From a virus (lineage: Duplodnaviria > Caudoviricetes): a DNA stretch of 64,000 nt. Positions 57,549 to 64,000 of the stretch are shown here, in pieces. Each line of letters starts with the position of its first letter. The stretch's first letter is position 1. A program made the translations under genes and the position numbers. The stretch is taken from the IMG/VR virus record IMGVR_UViG_3300037851_000542, positions 195,995 through 259,994 of that record; one strand, 5' to 3'. The notes under the pieces were generated by a model. It ran no database searches. It was not told the DNA's origin and saw only the letters and a program-made list of their open reading frames with translations.

Positions 57549-57705
57549 TTATATTTTTAACCCGAACTAAAGAAATTTAACTAATATTAAACTAACAATT
57601 AAACTGCTTAAAAATTTTGGGCAGGATCCTTAAAAACTTTAGATTGATTATATATTATCTTTAGAGTAAAATATACCACACTAAACTAGTAAGATCACTT
57701 GTTTA

Positions 57706-57936
57706 TTAAATCATATAATAAGTTGTTGTCTCAGGGAACCCTTTATCTGTTTTATCATGTCTAATATATTTAAGATTTGTTACCTTATATTCTTCTTGGG
57801 TTAAACATACCCACTCTACACTCTTAATATATTTCAGACTCATATTTGCACTGCTAGAGTAATACGGAACCCCAGTACTCCTCACATAATGATAGGGGTT
57901 TAGTTTATATCTTACTATTTTTATTAAATAAAACAT
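57706..57936 (-). CDS. Microprotein MFYLIK...TYYMI*
   Basis: ORF track, start adjusted. Confidence 0.65.
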   Translation of the reverse strand: MFYLIKIVRYKLNPYHYVRSTGVPYYSSSANMSLKYIKSVEWVCLTQEEYKVTNLKYIRHDKTDKGFPETTTYYMI

Positions 57937-57951
57937 GTTACACATTGTACA

Positions 57952-58113
57952 CTATATAAAGTAATACCACTCTAGTATATCTGGAAGTTTTTTTATTAAT
58001 TCTCTGTGCCCATCTGTTATTATTGAATAATCCTTTACAACGTACCAGTGTATAGTACCTTTTATCCCCCAACCAAACTCACATCTCTCACGTTTAATTA
58101 AAATATCAACCAT
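57952..58113 (-). CDS. 53-aa microprotein MVDILIK...EWYYFI*
   Basis: Manual translation; not in the track. Confidence 0.65.
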   Translation of the reverse strand: MVDILIKRERCEFGWGIKGTIHWYVVKDYSIITDGHRELIKKLPDILEWYYFI

Positions 58114-58124
58114 AGTTACTTTAT

Positions 58125-58265
58125 CTAAATAAAATAATAAGTTTGTATTTTACCGCCTTTCTTATTAGGATTCCATAACTGCCTTGATTTAAAATTGGCA
58201 TCAGTGATAGGAATACAAACATTATCCTCCCACACAGTACCTGCTTTATATTTAAGTAAATACAT
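58125..58265 (-). CDS. 46-aa microprotein MYLLKYK...TYYFI*
   Basis: Manual translation. Confidence 0.65.
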   Translation of the reverse strand: MYLLKYKAGTVWEDNVCIPITDANFKSRQLWNPNKKGGKIQTYYFI

Positions 58266-58267
58266 AA

Positions 58268-58483
58268 CTATATTGAATAAAAAACTGTTACATCGGGGTA
58301 TGCTTCGTGTATGGTTATATTATACATTAGATCAAAAATAGTTATGTCTAACTGCTCTTTATCTTGCTCTAAATATAACCATTCTACTTTGCTAATATGA
58401 GGTCTTTGTACGTACTGTTTTAACTCATTTTCATCGTATCTGTCGTCATATACAAGCCTTTGTATTTTTATTAGGTATTTCAT
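58268..58483 (-). CDS. 71-aa microprotein MKYLIK...VFYSI*
   Basis: ORF track. Confidence 0.65.
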   Translation of the reverse strand: MKYLIKIQRLVYDDRYDENELKQYVQRPHISKVEWLYLEQDKEQLDITIFDLMYNITIHEAYPDVTVFYSI

Positions 58484-58489
58484 AACTGT

Positions 58490-58639
58490 TTATACTAAGT
58501 AATAAATCTGTACACCTACTTTATCTTTGCTGGGGTTACTTAATCCAAAAGAAAATCTCAGTGCCTCAAATGCAACTTGATTGACACTGAAGAAGATACT
58601 TTTATTGGGATCAAGTTCATAGTATCTAATCAAATACAT
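58490..58639 (-). CDS. 49-aa microprotein MYLIRYY...IYYLV*
   Basis: Manual translation. Confidence 0.65.
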   Translation of the reverse strand: MYLIRYYELDPNKSIFFSVNQVAFEALRFSFGLSNPSKDKVGVQIYYLV

Positions 58640-58651
58640 ATTATCTTTCAT

Positions 58652-58798
58652 TTAAATAAAGTACCACCACCACTTACCATAAACTTTTCCGGCGCCGCTG
58701 CCCCTTTTTGTCCTGTAAGCTGGGTTAACTAAAGACTCATCTACAACAACCCACGACACCGTAGAGGAGTATGTTCCATAGTTTATTAAAATCATCAT
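58652..58798 (-). CDS. 48-aa microprotein MMILINY...WWWYFI*
   Basis: Manual translation. Confidence 0.65.
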   Translation of the reverse strand: MMILINYGTYSSTVSWVVVDESLVNPAYRTKRGSGAGKVYGKWWWYFI

Positions 58799-58807
58799 AT
58801 AATTTAA

Positions 58808-58954
58808 TTATATAAAATACCACCAGTCCAGATTAGTATAGTTTCTATTCTTTAGTCTATAGTCATTATTAAGTACTGATTGATCTATTACAGACCAGTA
58901 GTATTCTTCCACGCCGGTATAATTAAAGCCTCTTCTTTTAGTTAGTATGTACAT
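58808..58954 (-). CDS. 48-aa microprotein MYILTKR...DWWYFI*
   Basis: Manual translation. Confidence 0.65.
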   Translation of the reverse strand: MYILTKRRGFNYTGVEEYYWSVIDQSVLNNDYRLKNRNYTNLDWWYFI

Positions 58955-58963
58955 ATTTTGTGT

Positions 58964-59083
58964 TTATATAAAATAAAGCCAGTAAGGTTTCTCTATCTCT
59001 GTGATCTTAAAGTCTTCAAACCTTCCTGCTAAGCAATAACAAAATGAGTTATCATTATAAGTAACTTTGCATAGATACTTCAT
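58964..59083 (-). CDS. 39-aa microprotein MKYLCKV...YWLYFI*
   Basis: Manual translation; alternative start at 59095. Confidence 0.6.
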   Translation of the reverse strand: MKYLCKVTYNDNSFCYCLAGRFEDFKITEIEKPYWLYFI

Positions 59084-59091
59084 AGCATTTT

Positions 59092-59372
59092 TCATATTAG
59101 GCACCGCCATACATTTCCTGTTAAAACATTTCTATATTTAAACCATTCTGCTTCGTTGTTATTATCTGAGATTGTATAATATTTTACACTCTTACCACAC
59201 CTACTTTCTTGTCTTAACAGATATGTATGGTTCATATTAGGTAATACCATTTTGAATTTGTTATATACATCCATTCCTTTGTTCAGTCCTAGCTTATTTC
59301 TGTCACCGCGAAATACATAATTAAATTATCATCTACACGTCTGGTTTCTATTAAGTAATATCTATACAACAT
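59092..59372 (-). pseudogene. Possibly frameshifted family member: 27-aa MLYRYYLIE... (59289-59372) plus track ORF 59092-59274 ending WRCLI*
   Basis: The second frame is open upstream of its ATG to about 59320, overlapping the 27-aa ORF. Confidence 0.4.
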
Positions 59373-59520
59373 AGTATGCAGTTACTTTTGCCGTAATAAA
59401 ATCTCTTTTAAAATATATTAATGTATACTCTCTTTCGTCTATTAATCTCCGTACTACATCATTCTCTTTTGTCCCAGAATAGATTAATGTTTCTAGTTTT
59501 ACCAGATAGTAACTCTTCAT
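59362..59520 (-). CDS. 52-aa microprotein MKSYYLVK...AYYVV*
   Basis: Manual translation; ATGA-type overlap with 59517. Confidence 0.65.
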   Translation of the reverse strand: MKSYYLVKLETLIYSGTKENDVVRRLIDEREYTLIYFKRDFITAKVTAYYVV

Positions 59521-59747
59521 ATTAGGTTAAATATTTTTATTATACCATAGGAGTTAGGTATAGTCACTCTGCCCGAAATCATATCATTAATTTCACTGTC
59601 TGCCAAGTCAGATATCTCTTCAGGGGATAAGTGATCTTGGATAGTAGTATCTTCTATTAATAATCCTATAATAATATCTTTAAACTCTTCTATAGATAAA
59701 GCTATTAATTTTTCCTTCTTGTGGTAAAAAAAGTTTACTAGGTACAT
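59517..59747 (-). CDS. Small protein MYLVN...IFNLI*
   Basis: ORF track. Confidence 0.65.
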   Translation of the reverse strand: MYLVNFFYHKKEKLIALSIEEFKDIIIGLLIEDTTIQDHLSPEEISDLADSEINDMISGRVTIPNSYGIIKIFNLI

Positions 59748-59758
59748 TTAATTTACCT

Positions 59759-60097
59759 TTATATTATACGCAAAATATCTATTACACCGTAAAATTCCAT
59801 AGCTCTGTCTGTTTGCTTTGAAAGTGGAATATCTACTATATAGAACGTATTTTTTACTTTTGGTTTTCTTAGATAAAACAGGTCATTGTAAATCTCTATA
59901 GGACTTTCACCATTAGGTAGGTGGGGAAACCTGTCTTTAAAAAGAACATTTATTAACCACCACTTTGAGCATCTTTTATATAAGTAAGGCTTTAAAGCAG
60001 GATATGGAAATTTCCCGCCCCAGCTTTTGTCAACTTCTGTGAAGTAAACCAGTAAATGGTCTTCTTTGTGTAACTCTAAAAATTCCTGCGAATCCAT
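59759..60097 (-). CDS. Small protein (ILRII*)
   Basis: ORF track. Confidence 0.65.
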   Translation of the reverse strand: MDSQEFLELHKEDHLLVYFTEVDKSWGGKFPYPALKPYLYKRCSKWWLINVLFKDRFPHLPNGESPIEIYNDLFYLRKPKVKNTFYIVDIPLSKQTDRAMEFYGVIDILRII

Positions 60098-60120
60098 TTT
60101 GTTATACTAAATTGAATTAG

Positions 60121-60570
60121 TTACTCGCTGCCACAGTTTGGGGTTAGCCCTTCAAAAAGATTATATAGAACAGCTTCTCCTACATCACGATGGTAATCAA
60201 AATCTAAATTTCTTTTGACAAGAAAACTGACTAACATTGTCCAAGGGACTGAAAGTATTGCTAATATAACATAATACATAAAGGCTAGCATTGCTATAGG
60301 TATAGGAGATAGTAGTAACAGAATTACAGCGTGTATAATACTACCTTTGAACATAATGCCAAAGATGCCTGTTAAAACAGATAAAATACCAAAAATAGTA
60401 GTTACAAAAAAAGTAGTGAGTATAAAACGTGTACAAGCAACCACGACTGAGTCTGTTTGTAGATCAAAAGCAGTTAAAGGTCTGCAGGAGGTCTCATATT
60501 GTTCTATCTTATCGTACTCTATTTCTAGGGTTTTTAGATGTTCTAATTTATTGATTTCTTTGTTGTCCAT
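60121..60570 (-). CDS. Membrane protein
   Basis: Long hydrophobic centre; AAGGA RBS. Confidence 0.7.
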   Translation of the reverse strand: MDNKEINKLEHLKTLEIEYDKIEQYETSCRPLTAFDLQTDSVVVACTRFILTTFFVTTIFGILSVLTGIFGIMFKGSIIHAVILLLLSPIPIAMLAFMYYVILAILSVPWTMLVSFLVKRNLDFDYHRDVGEAVLYNLFEGLTPNCGSE

Positions 60571-60588
60571 TATGTTTCCTTTTTATTA

Positions 60589-61077
60589 TTAATCTAAATT
60601 AAACCACTCTGGTTGGTGCTCTTTTATTTTCCACGTAGCTATTTTAGCTTTATCCTTTATGTAATAAAGACGATAGGCTTGTACTGCATCTTCTGGGTTT
60701 TTATATTCAACCGGCATAGCCTGAGCAAAAGGAGTCATACCTTTAGGGATATTTTCCGGCGCTTGTTTTAATAATTTAGACATTTTAGCATCTGTTGCGT
60801 GTACTTTACCGTACCTTCTAGTGTACTCCAAACACATTTCCTGGAAATGATCATAAAGCCAGTTGTAATTGTCCAGCCCCGATCTTGCCCAGATAGATGA
60901 AGGATGATTAACGTGAGAGGCTCTGTATAGACTGTCTATATAAGGCGCTGTTGCGTTTAAAACTCTATGGGCAGTAGACATCAGCTGAGCACTTTCTAGA
61001 ATCATCTTGACTACGTGCTTGTCGCACAGAGACCGTGCTGCTACTTTTGGGTCCTCGTCTACAACAAAGATATTCAT
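60589..61077 (-). CDS. denV: Pyrimidine-dimer DNA glycosylase (DenV/endonuclease V family)
   Basis: MNIF...LCDKHVVKMILESAQL, HVNHPSSIW, QAMP, AYRLYY. Confidence 0.85.
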   Translation of the reverse strand: MNIFVVDEDPKVAARSLCDKHVVKMILESAQLMSTAHRVLNATAPYIDSLYRASHVNHPSSIWARSGLDNYNWLYDHFQEMCLEYTRRYGKVHATDAKMSKLLKQAPENIPKGMTPFAQAMPVEYKNPEDAVQAYRLYYIKDKAKIATWKIKEHQPEWFNLD

Positions 61078-61084
61078 ATTTTTC

Positions 61085-61318
61085 CTAAATTAAATAATAC
61101 ATTTCATTTAAACAAGTATGTATAATCTCATGTCTACAGCATAATGTAAAATAATAGTCGTGATTATGTATAATACTTCTTTTTAAATCTACTATATCCC
61201 CTATTAGAATCACATCCCAAAGCGTCGATATATCTGTTATTTTAGCCCCTGTAGAAAGCGTTAAGTAGTATGGAGGTGCTTGAGGTATAACAGTGTTTTT
61301 TATAAGTACTTTATTCAT
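61085..61318 (-). CDS. Small protein (MYYLI*)
   Basis: ORF track. Confidence 0.65.
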   Translation of the reverse strand: MNKVLIKNTVIPQAPPYYLTLSTGAKITDISTLWDVILIGDIVDLKRSIIHNHDYYFTLCCRHEIIHTCLNEMYYLI

Positions 61319-61330
61319 AGTTTTCTTACA

Positions 61331-61633
61331 TTAAATTAAATAAAACATATCATAGCAATCTGTAAATCTTATACGATTATTTTTAATGCCTTTTACAACA
61401 GGGTTATTAAGAAATATAGACACGCCTCTTACTGACTTATTAATAATGTCTTGTTTGTTTATCATATAATTTTCCAAAGAGGTAACATAAGGATCTATTC
61501 CAAAAGGATCTGTATAGACTTGCACATCTACATCTTTAATCTTACTAGATTTTATATATACTAAAAAATGTAAACCCGACCTTTCTTTGGCTAAGTAAGT
61601 ATTATAAACTTTAAGTTGTTCTTTATTTTCCAC
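61331..61633 (-). CDS. Small protein (MFYLI*)
   Basis: ORF track. Confidence 0.65.
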   Translation of the reverse strand: MENKEQLKVYNTYLAKERSGLHFLVYIKSSKIKDVDVQVYTDPFGIDPYVTSLENYMINKQDIINKSVRGVSIFLNNPVVKGIKNNRIRFTDCYDMFYLI

Positions 61634-61639
61634 TTTTTA

Positions 61640-61945
61640 TCAGATTAAGTAAAATAAGTCCTGACATGCCCAATTCTCGTGGGCATCTAAGTCAAAAGAA
61701 TCAAACCAATCAACATCAAAACAAGCACTGTCTTTATATGTTTTAGTATAGGTCCTTCTGTCTCTAATAAACTCGTCAAAAGAAACAATATCATTATTAC
61801 CTAAATACACACAAACTAAATGTAAATTTTTAGGCTTTATTTTTACTATAGCGTAACGAGTTTTAGACCTACGACGGTTTTCTGTGTATTGTTTACCTTT
61901 ACCTAAGTAGTAATATAAATCAGGTTGCTTTTTAACGTCTCTCAT
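61640..61945 (-). CDS. Small protein (LFYLI*)
   Basis: ORF track. Confidence 0.65.
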   Translation of the reverse strand: MRDVKKQPDLYYYLGKGKQYTENRRRSKTRYAIVKIKPKNLHLVCVYLGNNDIVSFDEFIRDRRTYTKTYKDSACFDVDWFDSFDLDAHENWACQDLFYLI

Positions 61946-61953
61946 GTATTAAT

Positions 61954-62139
61954 CTATATTAAAACTGCATTTAATATACCCACTATTACCAAAGAAAAAA
62001 AAGTACCTACTATAAATAAAACAAGCCATATAATAGGGTAAGGATCAGGAAAGTCATTTTTACGAAGCACCCAAGTAGGCACTAAAGCAGAAATAACCAT
62101 TAAAATTAAAAAAACAAATTTACAAATTTCTTCTTTCAT
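61954..62139 (-). CDS. Small two-TM membrane protein
   Basis: Resembles the adjacent 62136 ORF. Confidence 0.65.
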   Translation of the reverse strand: MKEEICKFVFLILMVISALVPTWVLRKNDFPDPYPIIWLVLFIVGTFFSLVIVGILNAVLI

Positions 62140-62324
62140 AATCCTAATCCGTTTAATATCGTGTTTATGATTGCTACTAAAAACACTATACCTAATAATG
62201 TTAACACGCAGAACATAAAAGTAAAAAACTCTTTATGAGGATGATCACCTACTACCTTATGGGCAATGCAAAAACAAAATAGCGCTAATATTAAAAATAC
62301 GACTTGGGTAACTATTTCTCTCAT
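62136..62324 (-). CDS. Small two-TM membrane protein
   Basis: AAGGA RBS. Confidence 0.65.
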   Translation of the reverse strand: MREIVTQVVFLILALFCFCIAHKVVGDHPHKEFFTFMFCVLTLLGIVFLVAIINTILNGLGL

Positions 62325-62340
62325 GTTTTTCCTTTTTAAA

Positions 62341-63069
62341 TTAAAATTTGTTTAAACTTTCAGATGCAAAATTAAAATAATCTTTATCTAACTCAATACC
62401 TATAAAATTTCTATTATTCTTCTTACAGCTAAGTCCAGTAGTACCTGTTCCCATAAATGGATCTATTATAGTATCACCTTCTGCTGAAAAATTAGTAATA
62501 ATTTTATTAACTAACTCTATTGGATAAGTAGCTCCGTGGGTTTTTATAACTTTCTTGCCTCTTTTTATTTGCCATAAATTCTCTAGAGTACCCCTATTAA
62601 AGTTACCTTTTTTAAACTGCCTAGTAATAGCTTCTTCTTTGCTAGCTAAAACTATTAGAACTTCAAATCTAGAGTTTAAAACACCACTACCTATTGCCGG
62701 TTCAGCATTTATTTTGTCCCAGATAATAAATTCTTTAACGTTTTCATTAAAGTGACCTAACAGTTTGTACAGTGCTTGTTTATTGCCGGTTAGAAACTGA
62801 ACATTATAAAATACTAAGTGGCTGACCCTTAACAATTGATTTAGTACTTTGACATTAAAGTTAAAATACTCTTCCATAGATAAGTTATTAGAATAGTTAG
62901 CATACTTAGTACTAATCTCTTTTACTATTTGTCTAGAACAGTGTTTCCCATTACGTACTCGTAAATTCATATTGTAAGGAGGGCTAGTTATAGCAAGATC
63001 ACAAGTATTATCTTTGATAAGCTTCAGATAACCTAAACAATCACCGTGTAATAGTTTAATATTACTCAT
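62341..63069 (-). CDS. DNA N4/N6 methyltransferase (beta class)
   Basis: LLHGDC, ITSPPY, HGATYP, IDPFMGTGTT, GIELD. Confidence 0.92.
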   Translation of the reverse strand: MSNIKLLHGDCLGYLKLIKDNTCDLAITSPPYNMNLRVRNGKHCSRQIVKEISTKYANYSNNLSMEEYFNFNVKVLNQLLRVSHLVFYNVQFLTGNKQALYKLLGHFNENVKEFIIWDKINAEPAIGSGVLNSRFEVLIVLASKEEAITRQFKKGNFNRGTLENLWQIKRGKKVIKTHGATYPIELVNKIITNFSAEGDTIIDPFMGTGTTGLSCKKNNRNFIGIELDKDYFNFASESLNKF

Positions 63070-63328
63070 TAGTCCAGCCGGATACAGTAAAAGTCTTTAG
63101 GGTAGTAACTACAGTATAACCTTCATTTACAAGTTCGTTTAAAACTGCTATTATAAAAGGCATTTGATCCGGACTGCCCTTATCGAAAGTAGCAAATGTT
63201 TGTCCAAACTTACGTTCCTCATATATTGCATCTCTGACAAAGGCTCTCCACTGTTCTGTTAAAGTTTCATCTGTAAGAACTTCTTCAATTAAATTTCCTG
63301 TGTAAGGATCTAGTACTCTGTTTCCCAT
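63062..63328 (-). CDS. Hypothetical protein
   Basis: 88 aa; coupled to both neighbours. Confidence 0.65.
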   Translation of the reverse strand: MGNRVLDPYTGNLIEEVLTDETLTEQWRAFVRDAIYEERKFGQTFATFDKGSPDQMPFIIAVLNELVNEGYTVVTTLKTFTVSGWTNE

Positions 63329-63630
63329 TATTTATCTCCTATATACATTTGCCCGTCGGAAGTGCAGTTCAAGCCGTCTTTAAAAGTAGAATACTTCTCT
63401 ATATAATAATGCTCTAGTTTTTCCCAATCAGCGGTAAATTCAGATAGTTGTACAATTTCCCAATCGGCTTTTTCGGTAAACGCAAAGGCTAGATTTAAAG
63501 GGTTTCTAAACTCATATCTTTTTTGCCATCTTTTTCTAAAATAAACATTTAAACTCGACTTTATAGTGGAGCCTACATACTTTAGATACCTGTTATGTTT
63601 ATGCCTAAGCAAGTAAACTTGTTTCTCCAA
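63328..63630 (-). CDS. GIY-YIG nuclease-domain protein
   Basis: VYLL...YVGST...R...LEHYYI...GLN. Confidence 0.75.
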   Translation of the reverse strand: MEKQVYLLRHKHNRYLKYVGSTIKSSLNVYFRKRWQKRYEFRNPLNLAFAFTEKADWEIVQLSEFTADWEKLEHYYIEKYSTFKDGLNCTSDGQMYIGDK

Positions 63631-63662
63631 AATTAATCCTATATTAAATGGTTACACAGTTT

Positions 63663-63691
63663 ATATCGGCAAAGTTAAACTAAAACTTTAG
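63663..63691 (-). promoter_or_regulatory. Sigma-28-like promoter
   Basis: CTAAAGTTT; TAAA-N16-GCCGATAT. Confidence 0.72.
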
Positions 63692-63697
63692 TTAAAT

Positions 63698-63826
63698 TTA
63701 AACTAAGTAGTAAATTATAGTTATTATCAATAATCGTATTATCTTTTTACTCCAAATCAGTTAACAATTTGTAAAGAATTCTGTTTTTATTGCGGTAATA
63801 TAATAACTTATTAAGTAAATACTCAT
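63698..63826 (-). pseudogene. Microprotein family member with an internal TAA
   Basis: MSIYLISYYITAIKTEFFTNC*LIWSKKIIRLLIITIIYYLV*. Confidence 0.5.
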
Positions 63827-63827
63827 A

Positions 63828-64000
63828 TTATATTAAATAAAGAACCAGTTTAAATTTAAAATATGACTTACCGATGTGAATAATGAAGTGGTCAATGTCT
63901 GCATTTTCATATGCTTTTGAATTTTTTACCACATCTAGATCAAAGACGGCACTTAATCCAGATTTAAAAATTACTAATATGTAATTATTGTTGTTACTTG
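63828..64000 (-). CDS. 5'-truncated small protein ending VLYLI*
   Basis: Manual translation; open to the window edge. Confidence 0.6.
   Translation of the reverse strand, partial: SNNNNYILVIFKSGLSAVFDLDVVKNSKAYENADIDHFIIHIGKSYFKFKLVLYLI

Noticed and set aside
57615-57645. Seventh sigma-28-like site (TAAA-N15-GCCCAAAA, minus strand)
   Set aside because: Two mismatches in the -10 box and a different spacer; too weak to call.
2141-62755. Short opposite-strand or nested track ORFs (e.g. 2141, 3002, 3740, 7095, 8727, 14014, 14929, 18493, 19440, 22911, 23232, 29536, 36853, 37462, 41594, 42266, 43257, 46369, 47170, 47625, 51045, 51894, 56195, 56317, 60347, 62555)
   Set aside because: They lie within or against better-supported genes and have no recognisable motifs.
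1-64000. Stop-codon reassignment
   Set aside because: Conserved genes are intact under the standard code, and TAA, TAG and TGA all end genes.
1-64000. CRISPR array, tRNA/rRNA, DGR or retron
   Set aside because: No spaced direct repeats, cloverleaf signatures, RT gene or TR/VR pair seen by eye; tRNAscan and repeat finders were not run.
41988-64000. The shared C-terminal motif as a DNA recombination (attC-like) site
   Set aside because: Synonymous codon and stop variation and no palindromic structure favour protein-level constraint; not fully excluded.

Overview
A visibly AT-rich 64-kb segment of a large (jumbo-type) tailed dsDNA bacteriophage using the standard genetic code. No rRNA, tRNA or CRISPR array was seen. 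1-11.5 kb (mostly minus strand): terminase large subunit, missing from the ORF track, with a class-3-type intein in Walker A; dNMP kinase; methionine aminopeptidase; an actin-fold ATPase; a DnaX/HolA-like clamp loader. 11.5-29.8 kb (plus): primase-polymerase-like protein, DnaQ-like exonuclease, MoxR AAA+/VWA pair, thyA, nrdB/nrdA (LAGLIDADG intein), ATP-grasp protein, S1A serine protease, adenine MTase with a PD-(D/E)XK neighbour, Hsp20. 29.9-40.3 kb: an 11-gene sugar-nucleotide/glycosyltransferase cluster. 40-64 kb: accessory region with solo TnpB, IMPDH/GMPR, SLOG, RtcB, two ankyrin proteins, DenV, an MTase, GIY-YIG and dozens of small ORFs. Two patterns stand out. (1) About 30 otherwise dissimilar small proteins end in aromatic-aromatic-hydrophobic-Ile-stop (YYLI*, WYFI*), apparently conserved at protein level, which suggests a shared C-terminal signal. 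(2) Six correctly oriented intergenic copies of TAAAGT...(G/T)CCGATA with an invariant 16-nt spacer after TAAA match the sigma-28/FliA/SigD promoter consensus. All calls come from reading motifs by eye; no database searches were run.
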